Source: Candidatus Poribacteria bacterium
GTDB taxonomy: Bacteria; Poribacteria; WGA-4E; PCPOR2b
Assembly (NCBI GenBank): GCA_965198175.1
Contig: OZ240245.1
Span: 3,163,030 to 3,227,029 of the forward strand
DNA length: 64,000 nucleotides
Reading direction: 5' to 3'
The notes under the pieces are model-generated. The model had not been told where the DNA came from. It worked only from the letters and a program-made list of their open reading frames with translations, and ran no database searches. Made by a program: the position numbers and the translations under genes. The stretch's first letter is position 1. Each line of letters starts with the position of its first letter. Positions 30,671 to 41,029 of this stretch are shown in pieces.

Positions 30671-32035
30671 ATGTCAAAAGAACGTCGCCAATTCGTATGT
30701 CGTGAGTGTGGTCACAGCTCAGTGAAATGGCTCGGCCGCTGTCCAGCGTGTGAGCAGTGGAATACCCTAGTAGAGGAAGTCCAGAAAACTTCACCGCCAA
30801 AGACGCCACATCGACACTTGGGTCAGCCGACGAGCCTCCCTGAGCCGATTACGCAAATCACCGCAAGTGAGGAAGATCGCCTCCTAACAGGCATTGGGGA
30901 ATTTGATCGGGTACTTGGCGGGGGATTTGTGCCGGGGTCTGTTGTGCTCATTGGCGGAGATCCAGGCATTGGAAAATCCACGCTCTTGTTACAAGCAAGT
31001 GATGCTCTTAGCCGCATCTATGGGATTGTGCTCTATGTCTCTGGCGAGGAGTCCGTCACGCAGATGAAGTTGAGGGCAAACCGTCTTGGCATTACCTCTG
31101 ATTCTCTGTATGTTTTATGTGAAAATAATCTTGAACAAATTGAAGCGCATATTGCGTCCCTTCAGCCTTATATTGTCATTATCGATTCCATTCAAGCCGT
31201 CTACGCTCCGGAAGTACAATCAGCGCCCGGCAGCATCACTCAGGTTCGTGAGAGTGCAGTCCAACTCCTGGTTACCGCTAAAAACAAGAACGTCCCAATC
31301 GTGCTCGTAGGACATGTGACAAAGGAGGGGGCTTTAGCGGGTCCTCGCGTTTTGGAACACATGGTTGATACAGTTCTTTATTTTGAGGGCGAAAGCCGGC
31401 TCATTTATCGTGTGCTGCGCGCCGTGAAAAACCGATTTGGATCGACCAACGAGATCGGTATTTTTGAAATGTTGAGCAGCGGGCTTGTTGAGGTCAAGAA
31501 CCCGTCAGCGTTATTCATTAGTGAGCGGCAGGAAAATACCTCTGGATCAGTTGTCGTATCGAGCATTGAGGGAACGCGCCCCCTACTTTTAGAACTTCAA
31601 GCTCTGGTTTCACCGGCAAGCTCTGGGATTCCGCGCAACACTGCGACAGGGGTGGACCGTCATCGCATAGCTCTGCTCATCGCTGTGCTGCAGAAACGGG
31701 TGGGGCTTGACATTGGCGGGTCAGATGTCTTTGTCAATATCACCGGTGGTATGCGGTTGGATGAACCGGGGGTTGACCTTGGTACTGCCATCGCAATCAC
31801 ATCAAACCATCGAGATATCGCCATCGATCCTCGCACTGTAATCATTGGAGAGGTCGGTTTGGGTGGGGAAGTTCGTCCCGTTTCACATATTGAGAAGCGG
31901 TTGGGAGAGGCTGCAAAACTGGGCTTTAATCGGGCAATTTTCCCCGAATACAACCGCAATAACTTGGAGTTAAAGCAAGATATTAACTTAGTTGGAGTGA
32001 AGGATCTTTATGGCGCACTCAGCGCATTACTATAA
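30671..32035 (+). CDS. radA: DNA repair protein RadA/Sms
   Basis: N-terminal C4 zinc finger CRECG...CPAC, Walker A GGDPGIGKST, KNRFG motif, Lon-protease-like C-domain. Start at MSKERRQ (30671). Confidence 0.9.
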   Translation: MSKERRQFVCRECGHSSVKWLGRCPACEQWNTLVEEVQKTSPPKTPHRHLGQPTSLPEPITQITASEEDRLLTGIGEFDRVLGGGFVPGSVVLIGGDPGIGKSTLLLQASDALSRIYGIVLYVSGEESVTQMKLRANRLGITSDSLYVLCENNLEQIEAHIASLQPYIVIIDSIQAVYAPEVQSAPGSITQVRESAVQLLVTAKNKNVPIVLVGHVTKEGALAGPRVLEHMVDTVLYFEGESRLIYRVLRAVKNRFGSTNEIGIFEMLSSGLVEVKNPSALFISERQENTSGSVVVSSIEGTRPLLLELQALVSPASSGIPRNTATGVDRHRIALLIAVLQKRVGLDIGGSDVFVNITGGMRLDEPGVDLGTAIAITSNHRDIAIDPRTVIIGEVGLGGEVRPVSHIEKRLGEAAKLGFNRAIFPEYNRNNLELKQDINLVGVKDLYGALSALL

Positions 32036-32061
32036 ACAATATCATAATCATATGAAAGTGG

Positions 32062-33108
32062 GTGACTCCGATGCAAATTTGGTTCATCCGGGCCTCCTTT
32101 ATTTTATTTGGGTTTATTTTTGGCTTTCTCACGGGAGATTTGAAGGGAGGCGGTACGGGGCTTGTCCTAGCTGCCACCTTAGTCGGTGCCGAATCATTAA
32201 TACGGCGGTCAATGTTACGGGATCTTTTCGCTTGTCTGGTCGGATTGGTATTTGGGTTGATTGTGGCTGCCCTAATGATTTATATCGTTTCCCAAACAAC
32301 CAATATCACAAACCTAGTCAAAGCCTGCATTACGCTTTTATTTGGTTATATAGGAATAATGATTATCTATCGAAGGCGAGAGGCTTTTGGCTTGTTTTCT
32401 CTAACGGCACAGGGCATACAATCCAATTCTCCGGCTTTCAAGATTCTGGATACGAGTGTTATTATTGATGGCCGAATTCGTGACATCTGCGACACGGGGT
32501 TTATTGATGGTATCGTTGTGGTTCCGCGATTTGTACTCAATGAACTGCAACATATCGCCGATTCTCCGGATCCACTTCGCCGGAACAAGGGTAGACGCGG
32601 CTTCGAGATTCTGGAGGATTTACAGCGGAATCCGAATATCAATGTTGAGATGACGGAGGACGATTTCCCCGATGTGGCAGAAGTTGATGCAAAATTGGTT
32701 CATCTCGCTCGGAAGATTCAGGCGAAAATTATCACGAACGACTTCAATTTGAATAAGGTCGCTGAACTCCAAGGTGTAACCGTTCTCAACATCAACGTGC
32801 TCGCAAATGCAATTCGCCCAATTGTCGTGGCTGGCGAAGAGATTAAGGTTCGAGTCATTCGTGAGGGCAAAGAACCGAATCAAGGCGTTGGTTATCTTGA
32901 TGACGGCACGATGGTTATTGTCGAAAACGGCAAACACTACATTGGACAGACCGTTGAAGTGGTCATTACCCAAGCTTTGCAAACCAGTGCAGGTCGAATG
33001 ATTTTTAGTCGCCGGAAGCTCGGTGAAACGGATCGTGATGAATCGGAAGGTGAGCGTTCTTATTCCCGCAGCTGGCAGCGGAAGCCGGATGGGACATCGT
33101 CGTACTAA
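32062..33108 (+). CDS. yacL: YacL-like membrane-anchored PIN plus TRAM domain protein
   Basis: N-terminal TM helices, PIN domain (ILDTSVIIDGRI...), C-terminal TRAM-like beta domain. Synteny radA-yacL-ispD-ispF-cysS as in Firmicutes. Confidence 0.65.
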   Translation: MTPMQIWFIRASFILFGFIFGFLTGDLKGGGTGLVLAATLVGAESLIRRSMLRDLFACLVGLVFGLIVAALMIYIVSQTTNITNLVKACITLLFGYIGIMIIYRRREAFGLFSLTAQGIQSNSPAFKILDTSVIIDGRIRDICDTGFIDGIVVVPRFVLNELQHIADSPDPLRRNKGRRGFEILEDLQRNPNINVEMTEDDFPDVAEVDAKLVHLARKIQAKIITNDFNLNKVAELQGVTVLNINVLANAIRPIVVAGEEIKVRVIREGKEPNQGVGYLDDGTMVIVENGKHYIGQTVEVVITQALQTSAGRMIFSRRKLGETDRDESEGERSYSRSWQRKPDGTSSY

Positions 33109-33736
33109 AAAACCGTATCTGCAACTGCTGGAAAAACCGATTCTCACGCATACGATTAGCGTCTTCGATCAAAATCCTGTTGTGGATACGATTCATGTCA
33201 TCGTCAATCCATCAGATTTTGAATTGTGCCAGTCCATTGCGATTGTCCCGTACGGTTTCCAGAAGGTTACAAATCTCATTCCCGGCGGAGAAACGCGGCA
33301 GGATTCTGTTTTCAATGGCTTGCAGTCACTTCCTAGCGATGCTGATTTTGTGATCGTGCATGATGGGGTTCGTCCTTTTGTCACTGACGATATAATCGAC
33401 TCCTGTCTTGAAGCGGCAGAGGAATGGGGGGCGGCGGTTGCTGCTGTGCCTGTCAAAGATACTATCAAGGTTGCAGATGCGGATGGGTTCATCGTTGACA
33501 CCCTGAATCGGAGCAGACTTTGGGCGGTGCAGACCCCCCAGTCCTTTAGAAAAGATTTGCTATTGAAAGCGCACCAACGCGCTCGACAGGCGAGGCTGAA
33601 CGTAACCGATGACGCTACGCTTGTCGAACAACTCGGTTTCAGGGTGAGGTTGATAGCGGGGAGCCATCGCAACTTAAAGGTTACGACCGCAGAAGACCTC
33701 CTCATCGCTGAAACGCTAAGCACCGTTGAAGATTGA
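33038..33736 (+). CDS. ispD: 2-C-methyl-D-erythritol 4-phosphate cytidylyltransferase
   Basis: VLIPAAGSGSRMG N-terminal motif. The 5' end overlaps the yacL 3' end by 71 nt. Confidence 0.85.
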   Translation: MNRKVSVLIPAAGSGSRMGHRRTKKPYLQLLEKPILTHTISVFDQNPVVDTIHVIVNPSDFELCQSIAIVPYGFQKVTNLIPGGETRQDSVFNGLQSLPSDADFVIVHDGVRPFVTDDIIDSCLEAAEEWGAAVAAVPVKDTIKVADADGFIVDTLNRSRLWAVQTPQSFRKDLLLKAHQRARQARLNVTDDATLVEQLGFRVRLIAGSHRNLKVTTAEDLLIAETLSTVED

Positions 33737-33766
33737 AGGTTGGCTGACCGTCTTCAATTCAAAGAT

Positions 33767-34240
33767 ATGCGTATCGGAATTGGCTACGATGTCCACCGGC
33801 TGGTGGAGAATCGACGATTGATTTTGGGTGGTGTTCAGATTCCCTATATACTAGGACTCTTGGGGCACTCCGACGCTGATGTATTGACACACGCGATTTG
33901 TGACGCAATATTGGGAGCAGCGGGGTTGGGCGATATTGGCGTGCACTTTCCCGATACAGATGCAGCATACGCTGATATCAATAGCCTTGTTTTATTGAAG
34001 CAGGTCAAGGTGTTAGTCGATCAGGACTACGCAGTCCAAAATGTTGACAGCACCCTTATTGCTGAACGTCCAAAGCTTGCCGCTTACATTCCCCAAATGC
34101 GCCAGCGACTTGCGGACATACTAGCGATTCCCGTCGATCGAATCAACATTAAAGCTACTACGTCGGAGGGACTCGGATTCATTGGCGAAGGGAAAGCCAT
34201 TGCCGCCCAAGCAATTGTCAGCCTAGATGTTAAGCGTTAG
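33767..34240 (+). CDS. ispF: 2-C-methyl-D-erythritol 2,4-cyclodiphosphate synthase
   Basis: [12 protein letters not shown]...[19 protein letters not shown]. Confidence 0.9.
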   Translation: MRIGIGYDVHRLVENRRLILGGVQIPYILGLLGHSDADVLTHAICDAILGAAGLGDIGVHFPDTDAAYADINSLVLLKQVKVLVDQDYAVQNVDSTLIAERPKLAAYIPQMRQRLADILAIPVDRINIKATTSEGLGFIGEGKAIAAQAIVSLDVKR

Positions 34241-34311
34241 GTATTAGGATTCAGTTTCGCAGCCGCTGCAATACGTCATACTTTTCAGACAATTCCTAAA
34301 TCGGAAAGAAA

Positions 34312-35772
34312 ATGCCATTAAAGATTTATAACTCTCTTACGAGACGGTTGGAAGAATTTACGCCTTTGCAAAAGAGAAAGGTGCTGATGTATACTTGTGG
34401 TCCTACTGTCTACGATTACTTTCACATCGGTAACGCTCGCACATTCCTTGTCTCCGATGTTGTTCGTCGCTATCTCGAACATCAAGGGTACCAAGTCAAA
34501 TTGGTTCAGAATCTGACGGACATTGACGACAAGATTATCAGTCGCGCAAGTGAAAGGGATATCGACGCAAAACAGCTGGCTCAGAAATATGCCGCAGCTT
34601 ACTTTGAAGACTCACAACAGCTTGGGATTCGTCCTGCTGATGTTCATCCGAGAGCAACGGATCATGTGCCGGAGATTATCGAGTTGCTTCAGACGTTGAT
34701 TGATAAAGGTGCTGCATATCAGCGAGATGGAGATTTGTATTACCGCGTCAACCATTTCGCGGACTATGGCAAGCTTTCGAATCGAGATGCTGAGGACGTG
34801 CGCGCGGGAGCCCGGGTCGCAGTGGATAAACGGAAAGAGGATCCGCGTGATTTCGATTTATGGAAGATGGCAAAACCCGGTGAGCCGTGGTGGGATAGTC
34901 CTTGGGGACGGGGACGACCGGGATGGCATATCGAGTGCTCGGCAATGGCGATGAAGCATCTCGGCGAAACAATTGATATTCACGCAGGGGGGCAAGACCT
35001 GCAATTTCCACATCACGAGAATGAGATTGCCCAGAGCGAGTTGGCGACGGGAAAGCCGTTTGCTCGCTACTGGCTGCATGTTGCGTTCTTGAGATTCGGT
35101 GGAAGGCGAATGGGGAAATCCGAGCAGAATTTCATTCTAGTACGCGATGCCCTTCGAGAGTATTCCCCCGAAGCAATCCGTCACTTCCTAATCTCCGCTC
35201 AACATCGCCATCCACTTGATTACAACGACACGAGTTTGCAGGAATCGAGTAGCGCCATTCGGCGGTTGAACAACTGTCTGGATGACTTGAGACAATATCA
35301 AGACCGCTACCAAGAAATATCGCTTGATGAAGCTGAACTCAGTGAAGCGGAAACCGCTTTAATAAGATCTACCGATGCCATGTCTAATGAATTTGAGGTG
35401 GCAATGGATGATGATTTTAACACAGCTGGGGCAATGGGTGCGATTTTCAAATTCGTGGGCGAAGTCAACCTTTTCCTCGCTGAAACAGAGACTAACCAAT
35501 CGAATCTGGGAATAATGGTGCTTGACAACGCCTACCACAGCCTCACTGAGTTATGCGGGGTGTTGGGGATCGATTCTCAGAAAACCGTTTCCCGCAGTGA
35601 CCATACCATGTTAATGGAGCAGTTGATGGAACTCATTGTGGATGTTCGTCAAGAGGCACGGAAACGTAAAGATTGGGAAATGTCGGATAAGATTCGTGAT
35701 CGGTTAACGCAACTGAACATCGAACTGAAGGACTCCCGGGTGGGAACTACTTGGAAACATAACGATGTATAA
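34312..35772 (+). CDS. cysS: Cysteine--tRNA ligase
   Basis: HIGNAR (HIGH motif), zinc-binding Cys residues, degenerate KMSKS (RRMGKSEQN), anticodon-binding C-terminal domain. Confidence 0.9.
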   Translation: MPLKIYNSLTRRLEEFTPLQKRKVLMYTCGPTVYDYFHIGNARTFLVSDVVRRYLEHQGYQVKLVQNLTDIDDKIISRASERDIDAKQLAQKYAAAYFEDSQQLGIRPADVHPRATDHVPEIIELLQTLIDKGAAYQRDGDLYYRVNHFADYGKLSNRDAEDVRAGARVAVDKRKEDPRDFDLWKMAKPGEPWWDSPWGRGRPGWHIECSAMAMKHLGETIDIHAGGQDLQFPHHENEIAQSELATGKPFARYWLHVAFLRFGGRRMGKSEQNFILVRDALREYSPEAIRHFLISAQHRHPLDYNDTSLQESSSAIRRLNNCLDDLRQYQDRYQEISLDEAELSEAETALIRSTDAMSNEFEVAMDDDFNTAGAMGAIFKFVGEVNLFLAETETNQSNLGIMVLDNAYHSLTELCGVLGIDSQKTVSRSDHTMLMEQLMELIVDVRQEARKRKDWEMSDKIRDRLTQLNIELKDSRVGTTWKHNDV

Positions 35773-35814
35773 ATCTGCTACTCACACTAACAAAACATAA
35801 GGAGCGTGATAACG

Positions 35815-36429
35815 ATGTACCGCTTTATACCTATATTGTTGGTTTGTCTATCGAGCTGCAATATTGCTAGCAAGCTAGTGTCCAAGCAAGAAATCAGTGA
35901 AAACTATGCTCTGATGGAGGGGGTTAGGGCGACAACCCCTGAAATGATTGATGGCAATGTGAGAACCGTTGGGGAAGCAGCATTGCCTGAAGGCGCCGAA
36001 GGGGTGTTCGGAATGTCCCCCGCGACCGAAGCGCTTATCACCTTACCCGAAAAAAAGGTGATTAGCCGAATTGTGATCCATTCGAAGAACTTGAAGCAGT
36101 TTGACGTGTGGGCGGATAAGGGAAACAGAGATTGGGTGGTGCTTAAAGAGGTCAAGAGCGCCAAATCAAATCCGATCGTGCTCTCAGGGCTACGGGCGCA
36201 TTTTCCAACGGACAGAGTCCGAATCCGTGTGTTAGGTACGACGGACGACGCCGCACTACGACGCCGAGAGAGAGCACGGGGCGGCTTTCAGGCAGTGGGC
36301 TTCGGTTACAGCCGCGCGCCGGGTAAGTTTTATGAGATTGAACTCTACGGCTACAAGTCAGTTGAGGAAACCACAGTCAAACAGGAAGAAGAAGAGCGGG
36401 ATCAGGAATTGGATGATCTCTTGAAATAG
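35815..36429 (+). CDS. Lipoprotein with a discoidin/F5-8 type C-like domain (paralog 1)
   Basis: Signal plus lipobox LVCLSSC. AAGGAG ribosome-binding site 9 nt upstream of the ATG at 35815. Domain pattern ...DGNVRTVGEAA...ISRIVIHSKNLKQFDVWADKGNRDWVVLKEVK...RVRIRVLG. Confidence 0.6.
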   Translation: MYRFIPILLVCLSSCNIASKLVSKQEISENYALMEGVRATTPEMIDGNVRTVGEAALPEGAEGVFGMSPATEALITLPEKKVISRIVIHSKNLKQFDVWADKGNRDWVVLKEVKSAKSNPIVLSGLRAHFPTDRVRIRVLGTTDDAALRRRERARGGFQAVGFGYSRAPGKFYEIELYGYKSVEETTVKQEEEERDQELDDLLK

Positions 36430-36545
36430 AGTAATTCAGCAATACAACCTTGACCCTACATGTGTTAGGGATATACATTTTTTGCAACAGTTGTTCTGCT
36501 TATGCAGTAAGCAATTCGCAATTAAACTACAATAGGAGGAAAAAA

Positions 36546-37136
36546 ATGCGTTACGCGACATCCACACTGATAATTCTAACGGTAGTTTCTTCCCTCGGCT
36601 GTTTGAGTTCTTCTACCTCTTCCATCAGGTGGAGCGAGAACATCGCTATCTCTGCAACGGCGGACGATTCGAGGATAAACGATGACAATATGTATTCGGA
36701 GGGAGAAACAAGCCCGATAAGGGATGATCCGAACAATCCGGATTCATACGCGGAAGCTGATGAATACAGTCAGGCTGTCCTTCAATGGGGCAAACCGCAG
36801 CAGGTCCAACGGGTTGTTGTGAAAGCCAGAGAAGGACAACTGGAATTTTTCGAAATCCAGTACGAAGATGAGAACGGGAAATGGAAGACGGTCCGAAGTG
36901 TGAGAGACCACATGAGACCCGAATACAAATATACCAGTAAGGAACCAATTACGACTCGCAAAGTCCGCCTCAGAGTCCCACGCCGATGGGAATCCCGCCG
37001 GGTGGGGGGTGAGAAAAGAAGAACCGTGACGGATGGCGGTGCGCCGGTTGTTCGTGACCGAAAAATTCAAGAGATTGAAGTCTATTATGCTCTGCCCCTC
37101 GAAGAAGCATCTGTACCAGAAACATCTGCCCAGTGA
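36546..37136 (+). CDS. Lipoprotein with a discoidin-like domain (paralog 2)
   Basis: Signal plus lipobox SSLGCLS. AGGAGG ribosome-binding site. Same domain pattern (...VVVKAREGQLEFFEIQYEDENGKWKTVRSV...RKVRLRVP) as the upstream gene. Confidence 0.6.
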   Translation: MRYATSTLIILTVVSSLGCLSSSTSSIRWSENIAISATADDSRINDDNMYSEGETSPIRDDPNNPDSYAEADEYSQAVLQWGKPQQVQRVVVKAREGQLEFFEIQYEDENGKWKTVRSVRDHMRPEYKYTSKEPITTRKVRLRVPRRWESRRVGGEKRRTVTDGGAPVVRDRKIQEIEVYYALPLEEASVPETSAQ

Positions 37137-37145
37137 GAACCGTAG

Positions 37146-38357
37146 ATGATGTTATCTGATGAAGTGAAGAGCTTGATTCATCTCAGCATCATCCCCGGTG
37201 TTGGGAATCAAACGATTAGATGTTTGTTGGCGGCTTTTGGATCCGCTCAGAGGGCTTTGACTGCAACATCGGAGGAATTAGCTCAAATTGATGGACTGAC
37301 ACGTAATGCGCGGCAACGACTGGTCAACGGCAGGTCACGGGTCTCCTTGAATCGCGAACTTGAACTCATTCAATCTCATCAGTGCCACATCGTTACGTTT
37401 GAGGATGAAACTTATCCACCACTTCTCAAGCAGATTGATGACCCACCGCTATTACTTTATATCAAGAGGCAGTTGCCTTCGCAAGACACGTTGAGCATCG
37501 CGATCGTGGGGTCGCGGAGTCCCACCCTTTATGGGAGAACGACCTGTCATCAACTTAGCCAGCTGCTTGCAGCACGAGGGGTCACCATCGTCAGTGGGTT
37601 TGCACGCGGCATTGATACCTCCGCACACCGGGGTGCACTAGAAGCAGGCGGCCGAACAATCGCCGTGATGGGAAATGGATTGAGTCACATATACCCAGAG
37701 GAAAATCGAGACCTCGCAGATGAGATCCTCGAATCCGGCGGCGCTCTTATCTCTGAGTTCCCGATGACGGTGCCACCGATGGGAACCAACTTTCCGCTTC
37801 GAAATCGCGTCATCAGCGGTCTAACCTATGGAACTCTCGTTGTTGAAGCATCTGAACGCAGTGGATCGTTGATTACCGCTCGGCTCGCCGCTGAACAAGG
37901 ACGCGAAGTTTTTGCGGTGCCAGGACAAATATTCTCAAAGCTTTCTCAAGGTACGCACAGACTTATCAATGAGGGCGCCACGCTCATCCACTCGGTAGAC
38001 GATCTTTTTGATGGACTACCCCAGAACTATGTGGAATTGGCAGCCTCAATACCCCCATCCTCTCAAAGCCGCGATCAGGAGCCGCCCCCGCTTTCAACAA
38101 TTAGCCATCCACGCCAGTTAACGTTGGAGAATTTATCTCAGTCAGAGGATGTATTGGACGCTCCCCCGGCTCCCTCTGTACAACTGACCCCAGATGAAGG
38201 GGTAGTTCTCTCAGCAATTGATTCCCCCACCTCACACATCGATCAGATTGTTCGGGCATCGCAACTCCCGATTAACCGAGTATCCAGTATTCTCCTCACC
38301 CTTGAACTAAAAGGAGTCGTCGAGCAGTTGCCGGGCAAACAATTTGCAATAAAATAA
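37146..38357 (+). CDS. dprA: DNA processing protein DprA/Smf with an extended C-terminus
   Basis: Rossmann-like DprA core (IVSGFARGIDTSAHRGALEAGGRTIAVMGNGL...). Confidence 0.85.
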   Translation: MMLSDEVKSLIHLSIIPGVGNQTIRCLLAAFGSAQRALTATSEELAQIDGLTRNARQRLVNGRSRVSLNRELELIQSHQCHIVTFEDETYPPLLKQIDDPPLLLYIKRQLPSQDTLSIAIVGSRSPTLYGRTTCHQLSQLLAARGVTIVSGFARGIDTSAHRGALEAGGRTIAVMGNGLSHIYPEENRDLADEILESGGALISEFPMTVPPMGTNFPLRNRVISGLTYGTLVVEASERSGSLITARLAAEQGREVFAVPGQIFSKLSQGTHRLINEGATLIHSVDDLFDGLPQNYVELAASIPPSSQSRDQEPPPLSTISHPRQLTLENLSQSEDVLDAPPAPSVQLTPDEGVVLSAIDSPTSHIDQIVRASQLPINRVSSILLTLELKGVVEQLPGKQFAIK

Positions 38358-38369
38358 GAGATTGAGATT

Positions 38370-39341
38370 ATGCGCTCAAAAAATTTGGACTTTGAAAAAC
38401 CACTCATCGAGTTAGATCAACACATTGCAGACCTGAAAGCCTTTGCCGAAGCAAATCCAGAGTCGAGCATTACTGAAAATATTAGAGCTCTCGAAGTTGA
38501 TTCTAATCGATTTACCCGGCAAACCTTCCAGAAACTTACTCGGTGGAATAAAGTTTGGCTGGCGAGACATGAAGAACGCCCACAAACCCCGATATATGTC
38601 AACGCTCTCTTCGATAATCCGATTGAACTGCACGGAGACAAGCTGTATGACGACGATCGAGCGTTGACTGGCGGTCTTGCCTGGTTCGATGGGCAGCCAA
38701 TTGTCTATCTTGCCCATCAGAAGGGCACGAATCTTAAAGAGCGACAAGCGGTCAATTTTGGAATGCCCCACCCAGAGGGGTATCGCAAGGCACGGCGGTT
38801 AATGAAATTTGCTGAAAAGTTTAATCGCCCCGTAATCAGCTTTGTCGACACGCCCGCTGCTCATTTCGATAGAGGCTCGGAAGAGCGTGGACAAGCGATG
38901 GCGATTGCGGAAAATTTGGCGGAGATGTCTCGTTTACAGGTGCCAATGATTGTCGTAGTGATTGGTGAGGGAGGTAGTGGAGGAGCGATAGCCATCGCAA
39001 TGGGCGATCGGGTGCTAATGATGGAATACTCCATCTATTGCGTCGCGCCGCCAGAAGCGTGCAGCGGTATCGTGTGGAAGGACGATGGGGCGCACGCTCC
39101 TGACGCCGCAGAAGCTCTGAAACCCACCGCAGCGGATCTGCTGGAATTCGGCATTATTGATGGAATCATCCGTGAACCGATTGGTGGGGCACATCGCGAT
39201 GTCTCGTTGGCTACCAAGCGTGTCAAATCTGCGATTCGGAAACATCTGAAAGAGTTGATGCAACTCGATCTCGATGTGTTACTTCAGCAGCGATATGAAC
39301 GATACCGCAGAATAGGAATCTACGGTGAAGAAAATCTTTGA
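38370..39341 (+). CDS. accA: Acetyl-CoA carboxylase carboxyltransferase alpha subunit
   Basis: LDFEKPLIELD..., RHEERPQT..., GGAHRD motifs typical of AccA. Confidence 0.9.
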   Translation: MRSKNLDFEKPLIELDQHIADLKAFAEANPESSITENIRALEVDSNRFTRQTFQKLTRWNKVWLARHEERPQTPIYVNALFDNPIELHGDKLYDDDRALTGGLAWFDGQPIVYLAHQKGTNLKERQAVNFGMPHPEGYRKARRLMKFAEKFNRPVISFVDTPAAHFDRGSEERGQAMAIAENLAEMSRLQVPMIVVVIGEGGSGGAIAIAMGDRVLMMEYSIYCVAPPEACSGIVWKDDGAHAPDAAEALKPTAADLLEFGIIDGIIREPIGGAHRDVSLATKRVKSAIRKHLKELMQLDLDVLLQQRYERYRRIGIYGEENL

Positions 39342-39364
39342 AACGTGAGTAAGGCGGGTGTCAA

Positions 39365-40849
39365 GTGTCACACTTTAGGACGACTTCTCAATCGTTTATC
39401 GTCTCCCTTCTGATTCACCTCTTGATTGCTTTTGTCTTGGGTGTGTTTTTAGTAACTCAGACGCGAACGTTTCGTGATCTCATTGACGCAAGCATTCTGC
39501 GACCAGCTAACCCTCCTAAGCCGAAAATCCGCAAACCGATGATCAAGCCTATCACCAAGCCTACCGTTCCCACTCAATCAATGACTGCTGTCGACCGAGT
39601 GCAACCAACCCCCCGTGTCACAACAGCGGTGACCTTCAGAAGCCCTCGCGTTACCAGTGAGCAGGAAATTGAATTTTCCAATCGCCGCCTACAGCTCGAC
39701 TCACCTCCCAACCCAAACCGACCAAGGATTGTCGACCCCGATCAACCAACTACCAACCTAATCACCCATGTCAATCTCCCCGACTCCGAATCTCCAGGGG
39801 TGTTAGAATCTTCTACGTCTGTTCCGGACGGAGGCGGCAGTGTTTACCGGTTGACCCATCGTGGAATTAGCGGTGCACACCACGACATTCCGATTGGGCA
39901 GAGCCGCCACCGTATGGCATCAGGAATCCAATCCCTACTTGATGCAACTGACGCCGAGCCTTCTGCGCTCAATGCTTTGAACCGCCAGATTCGATTGGGA
40001 AATCAACTAATGGTTCCACTCAAGGCGAACGAATTAGGTGCCCGAATTTACACCGACCCCTGCACTGGTATGCCCACCGGCTATTTTCATATCTGTTATG
40101 TCCGTTTTCGCCAACGAGGCATGAATGAATTTTTTCGCGTTGATCCGACCGCCCTATACTTCTTGGTGAGATGGATGACGCATAGCACGCACATCAAGGG
40201 CAGAATCGCTGGTCGAACGCTTTTTCTTGATGACCCTGGGATCCACGAATCACCCATGCTCTATATGAATGGCACACGGGCAGCGCGCCTGCGCCCTGCA
40301 GAAAAGTGGAACCTCAGACGTTACCTCGTTGAGAAAGGCGGCTTCATCTTTGTTGATGACGACATGGGGGAAGGTAGCGCATCCGTCCGAGCTTTTGCGC
40401 GTTCTCTGCGCGCACAGTTCCGGGAGATAATCCTTCAGGCGGGTGGCAGAGAACTCACGAAGATTCCGAACGATCACCCAATCTGGAATGAACCGTTTAA
40501 GCTCGGTGGGCAACCTGCAAGTCCCAATCCCTATAGCCGACCGACCCTTCCGATGACAGCGTTTGAGTTGAACGGACGTCTCTCCGTTGTCATTAGTTAT
40601 GACGATTATAACAACGGTTGGGAAGCTCCCGGCAGGGGTATGGGCGGGATCGATTTTGTGCCTTCAATCCTACGCATGGGCGCGAATTTTATGCTCTATG
40701 CAGGGACGCATGGTAGGATTAGTGATTACACGCACTATATTCCGCCCGAGAAGTGGAGAAATGAGGATGCCCTGGAACCTGTGCCGACACGAGCGCCTCA
40801 AGCCGCTTCTATTTCAGCCGTAGACCGCCATTTGGATGGTTTCAAGTAA
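39365..40849 (+). CDS. Membrane-anchored Pro-rich protein with a C-terminal DUF4159-like (GATase1-like fold) domain
   Basis: N-terminal TM helix, Pro/Thr-rich linker, C-terminal domain with AEKWNLRRYLVEKGGFIFVDD. Family assignment from memory only. Confidence 0.4.
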   Translation: MSHFRTTSQSFIVSLLIHLLIAFVLGVFLVTQTRTFRDLIDASILRPANPPKPKIRKPMIKPITKPTVPTQSMTAVDRVQPTPRVTTAVTFRSPRVTSEQEIEFSNRRLQLDSPPNPNRPRIVDPDQPTTNLITHVNLPDSESPGVLESSTSVPDGGGSVYRLTHRGISGAHHDIPIGQSRHRMASGIQSLLDATDAEPSALNALNRQIRLGNQLMVPLKANELGARIYTDPCTGMPTGYFHICYVRFRQRGMNEFFRVDPTALYFLVRWMTHSTHIKGRIAGRTLFLDDPGIHESPMLYMNGTRAARLRPAEKWNLRRYLVEKGGFIFVDDDMGEGSASVRAFARSLRAQFREIILQAGGRELTKIPNDHPIWNEPFKLGGQPASPNPYSRPTLPMTAFELNGRLSVVISYDDYNNGWEAPGRGMGGIDFVPSILRMGANFMLYAGTHGRISDYTHYIPPEKWRNEDALEPVPTRAPQAASISAVDRHLDGFK

Positions 40850-41029
40850 CTGCGACGACCTGTAAAACTGCTATAGAATCTCCATCCGCTTCTCTCCATA
40901 TCGCTGCGACATGTAGAGTATTTCATCGCGTTCTGCAGTAAACGCTAATCTAGCTCATCCTTCTTGCTCATGTATTCTTCAGCATCATTTTTCAATTGAA
41001 CCCGCCGGAACGGTAAGAGAAGGCTAAAT

